Source of the DNA: an uncultured Myxococcales bacterium
Lineage (GTDB): Bacteria; Myxococcota_A; UBA9042
Length of the DNA: 64,000 nucleotides
Assembly: GCA_903850505.1 (NCBI GenBank)
Contig: CAINLT010000173.1
Span: 7,120 to 71,119, forward strand
Direction of reading: 5' to 3'
Shown: positions 36,350-47,400 of the stretch, piece by piece
Position numbering within the stretch: position 1 is the stretch's first letter
Layout: each line of letters opens with the position of its first letter
Program-made: the position numbers and the translations under genes
The notes under the pieces: generated by a model
What the model was told of the DNA's origin: nothing
What the model saw: the letters and a program-made list of their open reading frames with translations, nothing else
Database searches by the model: none

Positions 36350-37309
36350 ATGACGCGCGCTGAATCCCATTCCATGAACCTGCCGCGCATCGGTCCGTTC
36401 GCCCTTGTTGTGATCGTGCTGGTGCTCGATCTGGCCAGCAAGTACTGGGCGGCGACGACGCTGGCCTCGGCCGTGCATCCGCTCGTGTTGCGACAAAGCG
36501 ATGGCGCGACCGTGCAGGCCGCATTGCAAGCCAAGGGCTGGTCAGTGCAGGAGATTGCCGACACGGTCCACGGCGGGCAGGTGACCCGCTATCAGCCGGT
36601 GCATGGCTTGGACGCCAAACACGTGATTGCCGCGACCGACCTGTCGCTGGAACTGGTGACGCTCGGCGGCACCGGGCTGCTCGCGCCGCGGCGTTGGCGG
36701 CCGATGCCGCAGGACCTCGGGCAGCCGCTGGACGACCTGCTCGCGACGGCGTGGCGCGTGGATCCGGCGGACGTGCCGGGGCTGCTGCAGCACGCGTGGC
36801 GCAACAACGCGCGCATCGACGAGCCGGCAACATCTATCGCGGCGGATGAACTTGTCGCCGTGCGCGACCACTCGATCCGCATCTGTGACAGCTTCTCGCT
36901 GGTCTACGCGGAGAACTTTGGCGCGGCTTGGTCGTTCCTCGCCACGTCTCCGCCGATCGTGCGCTTCGTGCTGTTCGTGAGCATTTCGACGATCGCATCG
37001 CTGGTCATGGCGTGGGTGCTGTGGAAGCGCAAGATGGCGAGCGTGCTTTCCACTTGGGCGCTCGCAGGCATCCTCGGCGGCGCGGTCGGCAACCTGATCG
37101 ACCGCATCCACTACCGCGCGGTCGTCGACTTCATCTTCAACTACGTCGTGTTCGACGACACCAGCTTCTGGGGCCGGACTTTTGGCCCGGGCTTGCACGG
37201 CTGGCCCGTCTGGAACATTGCCGATGCCGGCATCACGGTGGGTGTCATCCTGATCGCGCTCGATTCCCTGCGTCAGCCGAAGACGCCGCCGCCCGCGCCA
37301 AAGGCGTGA
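36350..37309 (+). CDS. lspA: Lipoprotein signal peptidase (signal peptidase II) with large loop insertion
   Basis: LDLASKYWA, NFGAAWSF, NLIDR, VVDFI and WPVWNIADAGITVG. 319 aa, against about 165 aa for typical LspA. Confidence 0.85.
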   Translation: MTRAESHSMNLPRIGPFALVVIVLVLDLASKYWAATTLASAVHPLVLRQSDGATVQAALQAKGWSVQEIADTVHGGQVTRYQPVHGLDAKHVIAATDLSLELVTLGGTGLLAPRRWRPMPQDLGQPLDDLLATAWRVDPADVPGLLQHAWRNNARIDEPATSIAADELVAVRDHSIRICDSFSLVYAENFGAAWSFLATSPPIVRFVLFVSISTIASLVMAWVLWKRKMASVLSTWALAGILGGAVGNLIDRIHYRAVVDFIFNYVVFDDTSFWGRTFGPGLHGWPVWNIADAGITVGVILIALDSLRQPKTPPPAPKA

Positions 37310-37321
37310 TCGAGGTCTGCG

Positions 37322-38290
37322 GTGCACCCTAGCTTTGACCTCGGTTTCATCCAGCTGCCGGCGTATTTTACGCTGCTGATGGTCGGGTTCACGCTGGCGA
37401 TCCTGTTGGCGCACGCCGAAGGTATGCGCAAGGGCTTGGACGGCAACACGATTTTGGATCTCGGCCTGCTGATGCTGGTCATGGGCCTCGTCGGCGCGCG
37501 TGTGCTGCACGTGATCGCCGACGGCCAGTTCATGGACTACGTGCACCTCTGCACCGATCCCAGCCAAGTGCCGGGCCTCGCGCTTGGCCCGGGCGTGCAC
37601 TGCGCAGACGCGGACCAGTGCGTGCGCGCGGGGCTCGGCGACCTGTGCGAGGCGTCGAGCGGCCTGTGTCGCCAGCAGCAGGACTGCCTGCGCGTCCTCA
37701 AGATCTGGTACGGCGGCTACGCTTACTATGGCGGCTTCCTCGCGGCCGTCCCGACCGGCCTGTGGTTCCTGCGCCGCCGCCGCGTGTCCATGTGGAAGGT
37801 CGCCGACCTCGCCGGCTGGGCCATCGCGCTCGGCCTCGTCTTCGGTCGCATCGGCTGCCTCCTTGCCGGCTGCTGCTTTGGCGCGACGAGCCAAGCCGCG
37901 ACCGCGCTCGCGTTTCCCAAGTATTCACCGGCGTGGGACAAGCAGGTGCACCTGCATCAGATCACCACGAGCGCGGCGCAATCGCTGCCGGTCCACCCGA
38001 CCCAACTGTACGAGGCGCTGGCTTGTGCGGTGATTTTCCTCATCTGCCTCTGGCGCTACCGCAAGGGTCCGCGCTTTGATGGGCAGATTTTCTTCCTGTT
38101 CATGTTGCTCTACGCCCTGTTTCGTTTCAGCGTGGAGTTCCTGCGCGCCGACGACCGCGGCGAGTGGTTCGGTCTGCTCTCGACGTCCCAGCTCATCAGC
38201 CTGCCGCTGCTCGTGTGGTCGGGCTGGGTGCTGGTGCGCGGTCGGGCTTGGCCGAGTGAACCCGTATTGCCTGCCGCGGCAGGAGCGTAA
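37322..38290 (+). CDS. lgt: Prolipoprotein diacylglyceryl transferase
   Basis: GARVLHVI, YGGFLAA, GRIGCLLAGCCFG, HPTQLYEA and FRFSVEFLRADDRG. GTG start. Confidence 0.88.
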   Translation: MHPSFDLGFIQLPAYFTLLMVGFTLAILLAHAEGMRKGLDGNTILDLGLLMLVMGLVGARVLHVIADGQFMDYVHLCTDPSQVPGLALGPGVHCADADQCVRAGLGDLCEASSGLCRQQQDCLRVLKIWYGGYAYYGGFLAAVPTGLWFLRRRRVSMWKVADLAGWAIALGLVFGRIGCLLAGCCFGATSQAATALAFPKYSPAWDKQVHLHQITTSAAQSLPVHPTQLYEALACAVIFLICLWRYRKGPRFDGQIFFLFMLLYALFRFSVEFLRADDRGEWFGLLSTSQLISLPLLVWSGWVLVRGRAWPSEPVLPAAAGA

Positions 38291-38293
38291 AAG

Positions 38294-39127
38294 ATGAACG
38301 TGCAGCCGTTGCTCCAGAATCAGTCTCCGCAGACCCCGGCTCCGTCCGGGCTGGCGTCCTTGCCAGCCGACATGCGCGACGCGCTGCAGACGCTCGGCGC
38401 TGCGGGCCGACTGCCGGAGCACGTCGCCATTATCATGGACGGCAATGGTCGCTGGGCGCAGCGCCGCGGTGAAGCGCGCACCGTTGGCCATCGTGCGGGC
38501 GCGGACTCCGTGCGTGCCGTGACGCGACTGGCGCGGGAAGTCGGCCTGAAGTCGCTGACGCTGTACGCATTTTCCGAGCAGAACTGGCAGCGGCCGCGCG
38601 CGGAAGTAGACGTGCTCCTCGGCCTGCTGGTGGAGTACCTGGCGTCAGAAATCGAGGAACTCAAGCGCAGCGACATCAAGCTGCTGGCGTTTGGCAACCT
38701 CCAGCGCCTCCCGCTTTCCGTGCGCATGGTGCTGGAAACGACGCTGGCGGCGACAGCCAACCACAAGACGATGAAGCTGGGGCTGTGCCTGAGCTATGGC
38801 GGCCGCGAGGAGATCGTCCAGGCGATGCAGCGGTTGGCAGTGCGTGTGGCCAAGGGCCAGTTGCGGCCAGAGCAGATCGATGAGGCGGCGATCGAGGCGG
38901 AATTGTGGACAGCGCCGTTGGGCGGTCCGCTGGATCTGCTGATTCGCACGTCAGGCGAACAGCGGCTCTCCAACTTTCTCTTGTGGCAAAGCGCATACGC
39001 GGAGCTGGCTTTTGTCCAGACGCCGTGGCCGGAATTTCGCGAGCTTGCCTTTGCGGCCGCGCTCTGCGACTACTCGCACCGCGATCGCCGTTTTGGCGGG
39101 CTTGGCAACGCCAGGGACGAAGACTAG
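38294..39127 (+). CDS. uppS: Isoprenyl transferase (undecaprenyl-diphosphate synthase family)
   Basis: HVAIIMDGNGRWA, AFSEQNWQRP and LLIRTSGEQRLSNFLLWQSAYAE. Confidence 0.92.
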   Translation: MNVQPLLQNQSPQTPAPSGLASLPADMRDALQTLGAAGRLPEHVAIIMDGNGRWAQRRGEARTVGHRAGADSVRAVTRLAREVGLKSLTLYAFSEQNWQRPRAEVDVLLGLLVEYLASEIEELKRSDIKLLAFGNLQRLPLSVRMVLETTLAATANHKTMKLGLCLSYGGREEIVQAMQRLAVRVAKGQLRPEQIDEAAIEAELWTAPLGGPLDLLIRTSGEQRLSNFLLWQSAYAELAFVQTPWPEFRELAFAAALCDYSHRDRRFGGLGNARDED

Positions 39128-39149
39128 AGCGCGGCACGCGGAGGTTGGC

Positions 39150-39956
39150 ATGGCACAGCGGGTCATCACAGGTCTCATTCTGGCGCCGATTCTGATCCTG
39201 ATCGTGCTCTACGCGCCCAAATTCGTGTTCTTTGCCGTGCTGGCGATGGCTGCGGCGCAGGGCGTCGACGAATTGGTCCGCATGTACCCGGAAATTCGCG
39301 CGCAGGACCGCCTCGTCCTCGCGCCGCTGGCGATGCTGACGGCGTTTGTCGTCGGCGTGCGCGAGATGTGGCTGATTCCCAGCGTCCTGCCGGTCGCGTG
39401 GCTGTGCTGGTGTCTCGTGCGCCCGGGATCGGTTGAGGCGGCGGGCAAGCGCGCGGCGATCGGCCTGCTCGGCCTCGCGTACGTCGCCACGCTGTTTGGC
39501 GTGATCGTGCAGACGTTCGCGCTCGCTCAGGTGCCCGCTGGGGGGCGTTTTGACACCGGCCGCGGTGCGGTGCTCTCGCTCCTGATCGTCGTCTTCGCCG
39601 GCGACACCGGCGCGTACTTTGCCGGACGATCCTTTGGCCGCCACAAGCTCTACGAACTGATCAGCCCAAAAAAGACGATGGAGGGCGCGATCGGCGGTCT
39701 CGCAGCCTCGATCCTCGGCGGCTTTGTCGCGCAGCAGCTGCTGGTGCCGCAACTGACCGTCGTTCAGGGCCTGCTGATGGGCGCGACGGGCGGCACGGTC
39801 GGCCAGATCGGCGATCTCGCGGAGTCGCTGTTCAAGCGGGCGACGGGCACCAAGGATTCCGGCGGTCTGCTGCCGGGTCATGGCGGCATCCTCGACCGGC
39901 TGGACGGCGTGCTGTTTGCCGCGCCGGTGATGCTCGCGTGGATGCTGTTTCACTGA
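39150..39956 (+). CDS. cdsA: Phosphatidate cytidylyltransferase
   Basis: Multi-TM protein with the C-terminal signature SLFKRATGTKDSGGLLPGHGGILDRLDG. ATG 39150. Confidence 0.88.
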   Translation: MAQRVITGLILAPILILIVLYAPKFVFFAVLAMAAAQGVDELVRMYPEIRAQDRLVLAPLAMLTAFVVGVREMWLIPSVLPVAWLCWCLVRPGSVEAAGKRAAIGLLGLAYVATLFGVIVQTFALAQVPAGGRFDTGRGAVLSLLIVVFAGDTGAYFAGRSFGRHKLYELISPKKTMEGAIGGLAASILGGFVAQQLLVPQLTVVQGLLMGATGGTVGQIGDLAESLFKRATGTKDSGGLLPGHGGILDRLDGVLFAAPVMLAWMLFH

Positions 39957-40651
39957 GCCCGCCAGCGCCGCCGCCGTCGCTGCTCGCCGATCTCCAGTGG
40001 CGCTGGCTGGGTCGCCAGCCCTTTGCCGAGATGGTCGCCCGCAATCGCCAGACCGCGGATGCCGTTGCCGCGGGTGCGCCAGGCGAAATCGCTTTTTTCG
40101 AGCCCGCCGAGCCGGTGTACGCGCTGGGTCGCCGCGCGCAGGAGGCGGCAGGGCAGGCGGCGATCGCGGCTTCCCTGGCCGCGTGCGCGCTTCGTCAGAT
40201 CGCGATCGTCCCCGTCGATCGCGGCGGTTTGGGCACGTTGCACGCGCCGGGGCAGATCGTCGCGTTTCTCGCCGTGCCCTGTTCGCGGTGGCAGGCGCGG
40301 CAACTTTGCGACGAGCTTCTTCATGGAATTAACGAGTTGGCGGGCGCATGCGGTGTGGACGCGCGCCGCGATCTGGCCGACGACGTGGGCGTGTGGTGCG
40401 CCGACGGCAAGCTGGCGAGCCTCGGTTTGCGCCTGCGCGACGACGTGGCGCAACACGGGGTGGCGATCAATATCGCGGTCGATCGGCGTCTGGCAGATGG
40501 TCTCGTTCTCTGCGGTAAACCATGGATCGCGTTCGCCAATCTCACGGATGCGGAGCAGACGCCTGTCGCCGATCTGGCCCGTTGGAGCGAAAGAATTGCC
40601 GCACAGTGGCGACTCCGTCCGCCGTCCGGCGATCCGCCGAAAATCCGCTGA
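39938..40651 (+). CDS. lipB: Octanoyltransferase (lipoyl(octanoyl) transferase)
   Basis: WLGRQPF, VDRGGLGTLHAPGQIVAF, KLASLGLRL and HGVAINI. The GTG start overlaps the end of cdsA by 19 nt. The start is uncertain. Confidence 0.85.
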   Translation: MDAVSLSPPAPPPSLLADLQWRWLGRQPFAEMVARNRQTADAVAAGAPGEIAFFEPAEPVYALGRRAQEAAGQAAIAASLAACALRQIAIVPVDRGGLGTLHAPGQIVAFLAVPCSRWQARQLCDELLHGINELAGACGVDARRDLADDVGVWCADGKLASLGLRLRDDVAQHGVAINIAVDRRLADGLVLCGKPWIAFANLTDAEQTPVADLARWSERIAAQWRLRPPSGDPPKIR

Positions 40652-41463
40652 ACGCGCGCGGCGACGCGACAAAACACGTGGGCGATCAGGCAAAGCCCAT
40701 GGACACGTTGCTTCTGCTTGCGTTCCGGTAGTTGCTTTGCTAACGTCAACGATGGAGGACCGGTACTTGGCGTCGAGAGCGCCCCGTTACCGGTCGCCGT
40801 CGCAACTGCCTGATCCGCAACAGCGACGGGTTTGACCGCTCAACCTCCCCAGGTTGACGCAGGCGAGCCTCCGAATACCGAATTCCGTGTAGTCGACCGT
40901 TGGACGGGGTTTCAACGACGACTGCAAGTGGCGCTCCGACGGCGCGAGACGGTGCAAATCGTCCCGCGCTTCCCCAACGGGCGCTTGAGAATTCGCTGCC
41001 GACGATGAATCTGTGGATGGCTGCCAGGCCCGAAACAGCCCGCATCGTGCGACGGAACAAGTTACGGTTGCGATCCCCCTGCAACAGTGCCGATACGACA
41101 GGACATTCCAACGAGTTAGGGTGCAAAAAGTCTTCAAGACGTCTCCATATCGGAGGCCGGCGAAGACCGACGGCAAGTGCGACTGGACGCCCATCGAATA
41201 CACCTCCGCAGGAAAGGCCAACCTGCGGTTGCGATGGCTGCCAGCCGAGAGCAGGGAGTGGTTTCTGACACCTGAGCTGCGCTGAAGATGCGCGGCGACA
41301 ACGACAAGCGGCGACGCTTGCTGACACAGGTAGACGAAGCCAGTGGGAATCGAACCGGCAGCATCACGCGATGCCGCACGAGCCGAACCCGCACACATCT
41401 CCCCGCCATGCCACTGCTGAATGCGCCCTCCCTTTGCCGGAATCTGTCGTCAAGAGGAATGCG

Positions 41464-44400
41464 ATGCGGAACCAGCACATTGCGCGCATGTGTAGCCCGG
41501 GGCTCTCTACTGCCCACCGCACACAGGACGAACGGTCGTCAAAACGCTTCGGACTTGGCTTTGCCAAGTTTGGCGCGTTTTTGGCGTTGTCGCTCCTGAC
41601 TGCGGGTCTAGCCGGCTGCGCTGGTCAAACGCCTTCGACGGAGAAGCCGGCAACGCCGGACGTCGCGATTGGCGTGGACGCTGAGTTCGGTGTCGAGACC
41701 TTCGCACTGACAACGCCGACGATTGCGGTGACTGCGCCGGCCAACCAGGCCGCGTTTCCCGTGTCCACGAACGCTGGCACGACCAACGTGGACTACACGT
41801 ACTCGACGACGAACTACACCGGCAACGAGGTGCATTGCTACGTCGACGGCATCCTCTTTGGCACCTTCACGGTGGGCTCGCCGGTCACGTTTACCGGCCT
41901 GAAGAAGGGCGGCCACACGCTGGCTTGCGTGCTGCTGGACGCGACGGGTCAGGACCTGTTTGACGCCACCGGCGCCGCGCAAGGCGTGCGTCAGGTCAAG
42001 ATCACGGCGCCCTGCGGCAAGGACCTCGACTGCGATGACGGCGATGCCTGCACCGGCGAGTACTGCCAGGCTGGCACCTGCGTCGTCCAAATCGTGCCGA
42101 ACTGCTGCACGTCCAACTTCGACTGCTCCGCGGGCAGCAACTGCATCAATCCGAACACCCAGAATTCCCAGTGCTCGGCGTGCTTGACCGACGCGAACTG
42201 CGACGACGGCGACGCCTGCTCCACCGACAAGTGCGACCTGAGCGGCGTCAAGGGCGTCTGCACGCACAACAAGAGCGACCCGAACTGCTGCACCAAGGCG
42301 ACGGACGCTTGCTCCGACGGCAAGCCCTGCACCACGGACGCGTGCGTCCTGCCCAGCGGCGGCGGCATCGGTACCTGCAATCACGTCCAGCCGGCCGGCG
42401 CCTGCTGCGCCGACAGCGAGTGCGCGTCTGACGACGTCTGCAAAGTCGGTGGCTGCATCGCGTTCCAGTGCCGCTACACCGCGGACAGCTACTTCAAGCC
42501 GGACTGCTGCTCCGCGACGAGCAACACCACTTGCGACGACAAAAACGCTTGCACCAAAGACGCTTGCGCCACCGCCATGCCCGGCGGCTGGACGCAGTGC
42601 ACGCACAGCAAGACCGACCCGAATTGCTGCGACCCGCTGGTCGACCTGTGCGACGACGGCCAGCCCTGCACGTTGGACAAGTGCGTCAACAACCAGTGCA
42701 CGCACACCAAGAACACGGAGTGCTGCCAGAACAACGCGATGTGCGACGACAACAACCTGTGCACCAACGACTCCTGCGACGTGCCGAACCAGTTCTGCCA
42801 TCACGATGCCGTCGCCGGCTGCTGCAACATCAACAAAGAGTGCGATGACGGCTTGTACTGCACGAGCGACTACTGCGACGCGCCGATCAACACCTGCAAA
42901 CACGTTGGCTTGTTCAACGGCTGCTGCGACATCGACACGGACTGCAACGACGGCAAGTACTGCACCGCCGACGTGTGCGTGAACCACCAGTGCCTGGGCT
43001 TGCCCATCACGGGCTGCTGCGACTCCAACAATGCGGCTTCGGCCTGCAACGACAAGCTGTTCTGCACGATCGACAGCTGCGACCTGACCCAGCACACCTG
43101 CGTCAACGTGCCGAACGGCGACAGCACCTGCTGTGACTCCGGCGCTGCCTGTGACGATGGCGACTGCTCGACAAACGACGCATGCGACTCGACCAACCAC
43201 TGCACGCACAAGGCCAACCCGTACGCGTGCAAAGTGGACCTCGACTGCGACGACGGCGCGCCCTGCACGCAGGACGTCTGCAACCTGAACGCCGATGGCT
43301 GCGGCGCATGCACGCACCCGCTGATTGAGAACTGCTGCACGACGGACGCGTATTGCGCCGCGGCTGACAAGGCGATCAACCCGTACCTCGCGACGTGCCA
43401 TACGGCGACGTGCGACCCGTCGACCCACTTCTGCGCGTTTGGCGTCAAGGCGGATTGCTGCCTGAGCGACAAGGACGCGCTGACCAAGTGCGACGACTCC
43501 AACCCGTGCACCGTGGAATACTGCCAGAACAACCAGTGCCGCCACAGCACGCCGGCCACCGGTTGCTGCACCAACGACGCGGCTTGCGACGACGGCGTTT
43601 CCTGCTCCGCCGACAAGTGCAACATCACCGCCGGCCAGCCGACCGGCACCTGCCAGTACGTGCTGACGCCGCCGTGCGCGATCTGCACGCCGACCAACCT
43701 GGCTTCGTTCGACGACGCCAACAAGTGCACGGCCGACACGTGCGTCAACGGCGTCCCAACGCACACGCCGATCGCGGGCTGCTGCCTGGACAAGACCGAC
43801 TGCGACGACGGCAAGGCCTGCACTGCGGACGCGTGCATCGCCAACACCTGCTACCACACCGACACCGTCGCCGGCGTCTCCGTGTGCTGCAATCCGCTCA
43901 ATGAAGCGACCGAGTGCGCGTCCTTCAACAGCGACTGCACGCAGGGCAAGTGCCTCCAGCAGACCGACGGCACCCTCGCCTGCCAGGCCACCAAGAAGGC
44001 CGCCTGCACTGTGAACCTCAGCTACTGCCAGGACTTCAGCCAGAGCAGCGACCTTTCGACCCTCGGCTGGGATCCGACCAACGTCAGCGGCACGGCTGCG
44101 AGCAACTGGAACACCGCCACGACCGGCAACCTCGGTCCCGACCGCTTCGCCCAGTTCAACTGGACGCCGACCAAGGTTGGCTATGACACGTGCCTCCAGT
44201 CGCCGGTCTTCCTCGGCTCGGGCACCAGCGCCATCACCATCCAGTACGATCGCGAGTTCATCCCGAACGTCGGCGAAACCGGTATCCGCATCCTCGGCTC
44301 GCTCGACGGCACGTACGCCGACTGGCAGACCGCGACGGTCATCGATTCGTTCACGACGACCAGCGGCGTGGGCCCGGAAACCGTCGACCTGAAGTTGCCC

Positions 44401-47400
44401 GCCTCGCTCGTCGGCTCCAACGGCCTGCGCCTCGCGTTCTGCGTCTCGGGCACCTCGACGTTCAACCTGTCCTCGTACGCCATCGACAACGTCTGCGTCG
44501 TCAAGGGCGGCGCGCCCGTCATCACCGCGTGCCCGGCCAACCAGGTCGTGCCGACCGGTACCAAGATCATCCTGCCGATCAAGGTCAAGGATCCGGATGC
44601 GGGCGACGTTGTCACCGCGACGCTCACTGGCGCGCCGTCGTTCATCGTCGGTTCGCAGATGAACTACTACTTTGTCGACAAGAGCTGGAACGGCACGATA
44701 ACGATCGCGCCGACCGGCGTGCAGGACGTGGGCGAGTACACGCTGGGCCTCAAGGTCTCGGACGGCTACCTGTACCACACGTGCACCTTCAAGGTGACCG
44801 TGACCTATCAGGGCGGCGTCCTCATTTGGCGGCCGACTGAAGTCCCGATCGCGATGAGCGACCCGGTCAAGGCCGCGCTCGTCAAGCAGGGCCAGATCAA
44901 TCAGGTGATCAGCGACCTCGCGCTGTACCCGTCCCTGAACAAGTTCGCGTCCGTGTTTGTCCTGCTGGGCAACTATCCGGACAACCACGTGCTGTCGGAG
45001 TCGGAGACCACGAGCCTCAAGCTGTACCTCGCCCAGGGTGGCAAGGTGTACATGGAAGGCGGCGACACCTTCATGTACGACCCGAAGACGACGCTGCATC
45101 CGTTCTTCAAAGCCAAGGGCGTGCTCGATGAAGCGCCCAATGGCGTGACGGGTCCGCTGACCGGCTACGCTGCGTTCGCCAACAACACGGTCAATCCGTC
45201 GACGAACATGCAGTGGAATTTCAATCAGGACTCGACCTACGACAACTTGAACGACCAGATCGCCTCGGACACCTCCGTCCAGCGCACCCGCGACCTGTTG
45301 GTCAACACGGGCATCGAGAAGTTCACCGTCATGGTGGGTCACGATGACCTGACGTCGAAGTACCGCACCATCGCGTCGTCCGTTCCGTTCGCCGGCATCA
45401 TGGCCAACACCGACACGCCGGACACGATGATGAAGGCGATCCTCGCCTTCTTCGCCAACGGCTTCGGCACCTGCGTCAAGAACTCGGACTGCAACGACGG
45501 CAACAGCTGCACCGCGGACACCTGCACGGCTGGCGAATGCAGCAACTCCAACACCTGCCTCTGCGGCGGTGACACGGCCCTGGGCTGCGGCGAAAGCGCT
45601 GCCAAGATCGTGACCAACGGCGGCGCGTCGACCAACGCGGTGACGACCTACACCTGCGATCCGACCAACACCTACCTCGGCCATGAAGTGGCGTTCACGT
45701 ACAAGAGCGCGCAGTCGCGGCCGGTCACGGTCACGCTCAACAACGTCTCGGATCCGACCGCGCGCCTGTTCATTATCAAAGCGACCAGCAAGGGCTGCGA
45801 CCCGGACGGCTGCGTGGGCTTTGGCGGCGTCAGCAACACCGTGACGTTCGCCGCGGGCAAGGACCAGCTCTACTACTTCGTCGTCGACGTCGCGGGCGAA
45901 AGCGCTGCGGCGACGTTCGACATCGTGGTCAGCTGCGACGCCGGCGAGAACTGCACGAACGCCTTGGACGACAACGGCAACAACCTGACGGACTGCGCGG
46001 ACCCGGCCTCGTGCTGCGGCGACCCGGCTTGCGCCAAGGAAATCTGCGACGGCATCGACAACAACTGCAACGGCACGGTCGATGAAGGTTGCGACGATGA
46101 CGGCGACGGCTACTGCGACGCGGCGTACATCGTCAAGGGCACGCCGGCGGTGTGCTTCGCGGGCGTTGGCGACTGCAATGACAACGACTCGACCGTGAAT
46201 CCCGGCATGCCGGAAATCTGCGGCAACGGCAAAGACGACAACTGCATCAACGGCCAGGACGAAGAAAACGCCAGCGGCTGCGTGCAGTACTACCGCGACG
46301 TCGACTCGGATACGTTTGGCGCGGGCACGGCGAAGTGCCTGTGCGCGCCGAATGGTCAGTACAAGGCGACGAAGTCCGGCGACTGCAATGACGCCAACGT
46401 CGACGTGAACCCGAGCGTCGCTGAAACCTGCGCGACGACCTACGACGACAACTGCGATGGCAACGCCAACGATCAGGGCGCGCTCGGTTGCAGCAACTTC
46501 TACACGGACATCGACTCGGACGGCTACGGCACCTCGCCGTTCACCTGCCAGTGCTTGCCTTCCGGTCTGCTGACGGCGACCAAGCCCGGCGATTGCCAGG
46601 ACGCTGACGCCAACGTCAACCCGGGCAGCCCGGAGAAGTGCAACAACCTCGACGACAACTGCAACGGCCAGACGGACGAGGGCTGCGACGACGACGGCGA
46701 CAAGTACTGCGATGCCAGCATGGCGTACGACTCGACCAAGGCGCCGATCCTCGTCTGCCCGTCGGGCCCCGGCGACACCGATGACACCGACCCGTCGATC
46801 AACCCCGCTGGTCAGGAAATCTGCGACGGCAAGGACAACAACTCCAACGCCCAGGTCGACGAAGGCTGCGACGATGATGGCGACGGTTACTGCGACGCCA
46901 ACATGTACACGATCGGCAAGCCGCCGGTGTGCCCGAGCGGCGGCAACGACTGCGACGACACCGCGCCCAGCATCAATCCGGGCATGCAGGAAGATTGCGG
47001 CACGCCGTATGACGACAACTGCAACGGCTCGAACAACGACCAGAACGCCAAGGACTGCCAGCCCTTCTTCTTCGATGCGGACAGCGACAAGTGGGGCACC
47101 AACTCCAGCAAGTGCCTGTGCGTTCCGTTGAACCAGTACAAGGCCATCAATCCGGGTGACTGCAACGAGAGCGATCCGGCGATCAACCCGGGTGCGGCGG
47201 AAATCTGCGACGGCATCGACAACAACTGCGACAAGGTGATTGACGAAGGCTGCGATGTCGACGGCGACGGCTACTGCCACACGGGCGCGACGGTCGTGGG
47301 CAACCCGACGGTCTGCAAGAACGGCATCAACGATTGCGACGACACCAACCCGAACGTGAATCCCGGCAAGGCCGAGATCTGCGGCAACGGCAAGGATGAC

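Noticed and set aside
40746-41398. ORFs in the lipB-giant gene spacer: 193 aa (-), 203 aa (-), 122 aa (+) and 90 aa (+, 41013-41285).
   Set aside because: The amino-acid composition is implausible, with rare codons (CGA, AGG, CAA, GTT) and no RBS. My hand count of GC3 for the 90-aa ORF is about 70%, below the host norm. A small foreign gene cannot be fully excluded.
40700-41460. Possible tmRNA, RNase P RNA or tRNA in the spacer. It contains GGACGGGGTTTCAACGACGAC at ~40901 and GGGAATCGAACCGG at ~41345.
   Set aside because: There is no GAGGAAAGTCCGGGC-type P4 motif on either strand. There is no tRNA-like 3' end with a foldable T arm or CCA. The putative tag frame does not end in the usual A-A residues. 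The T-loop-like string has no complementary stem.
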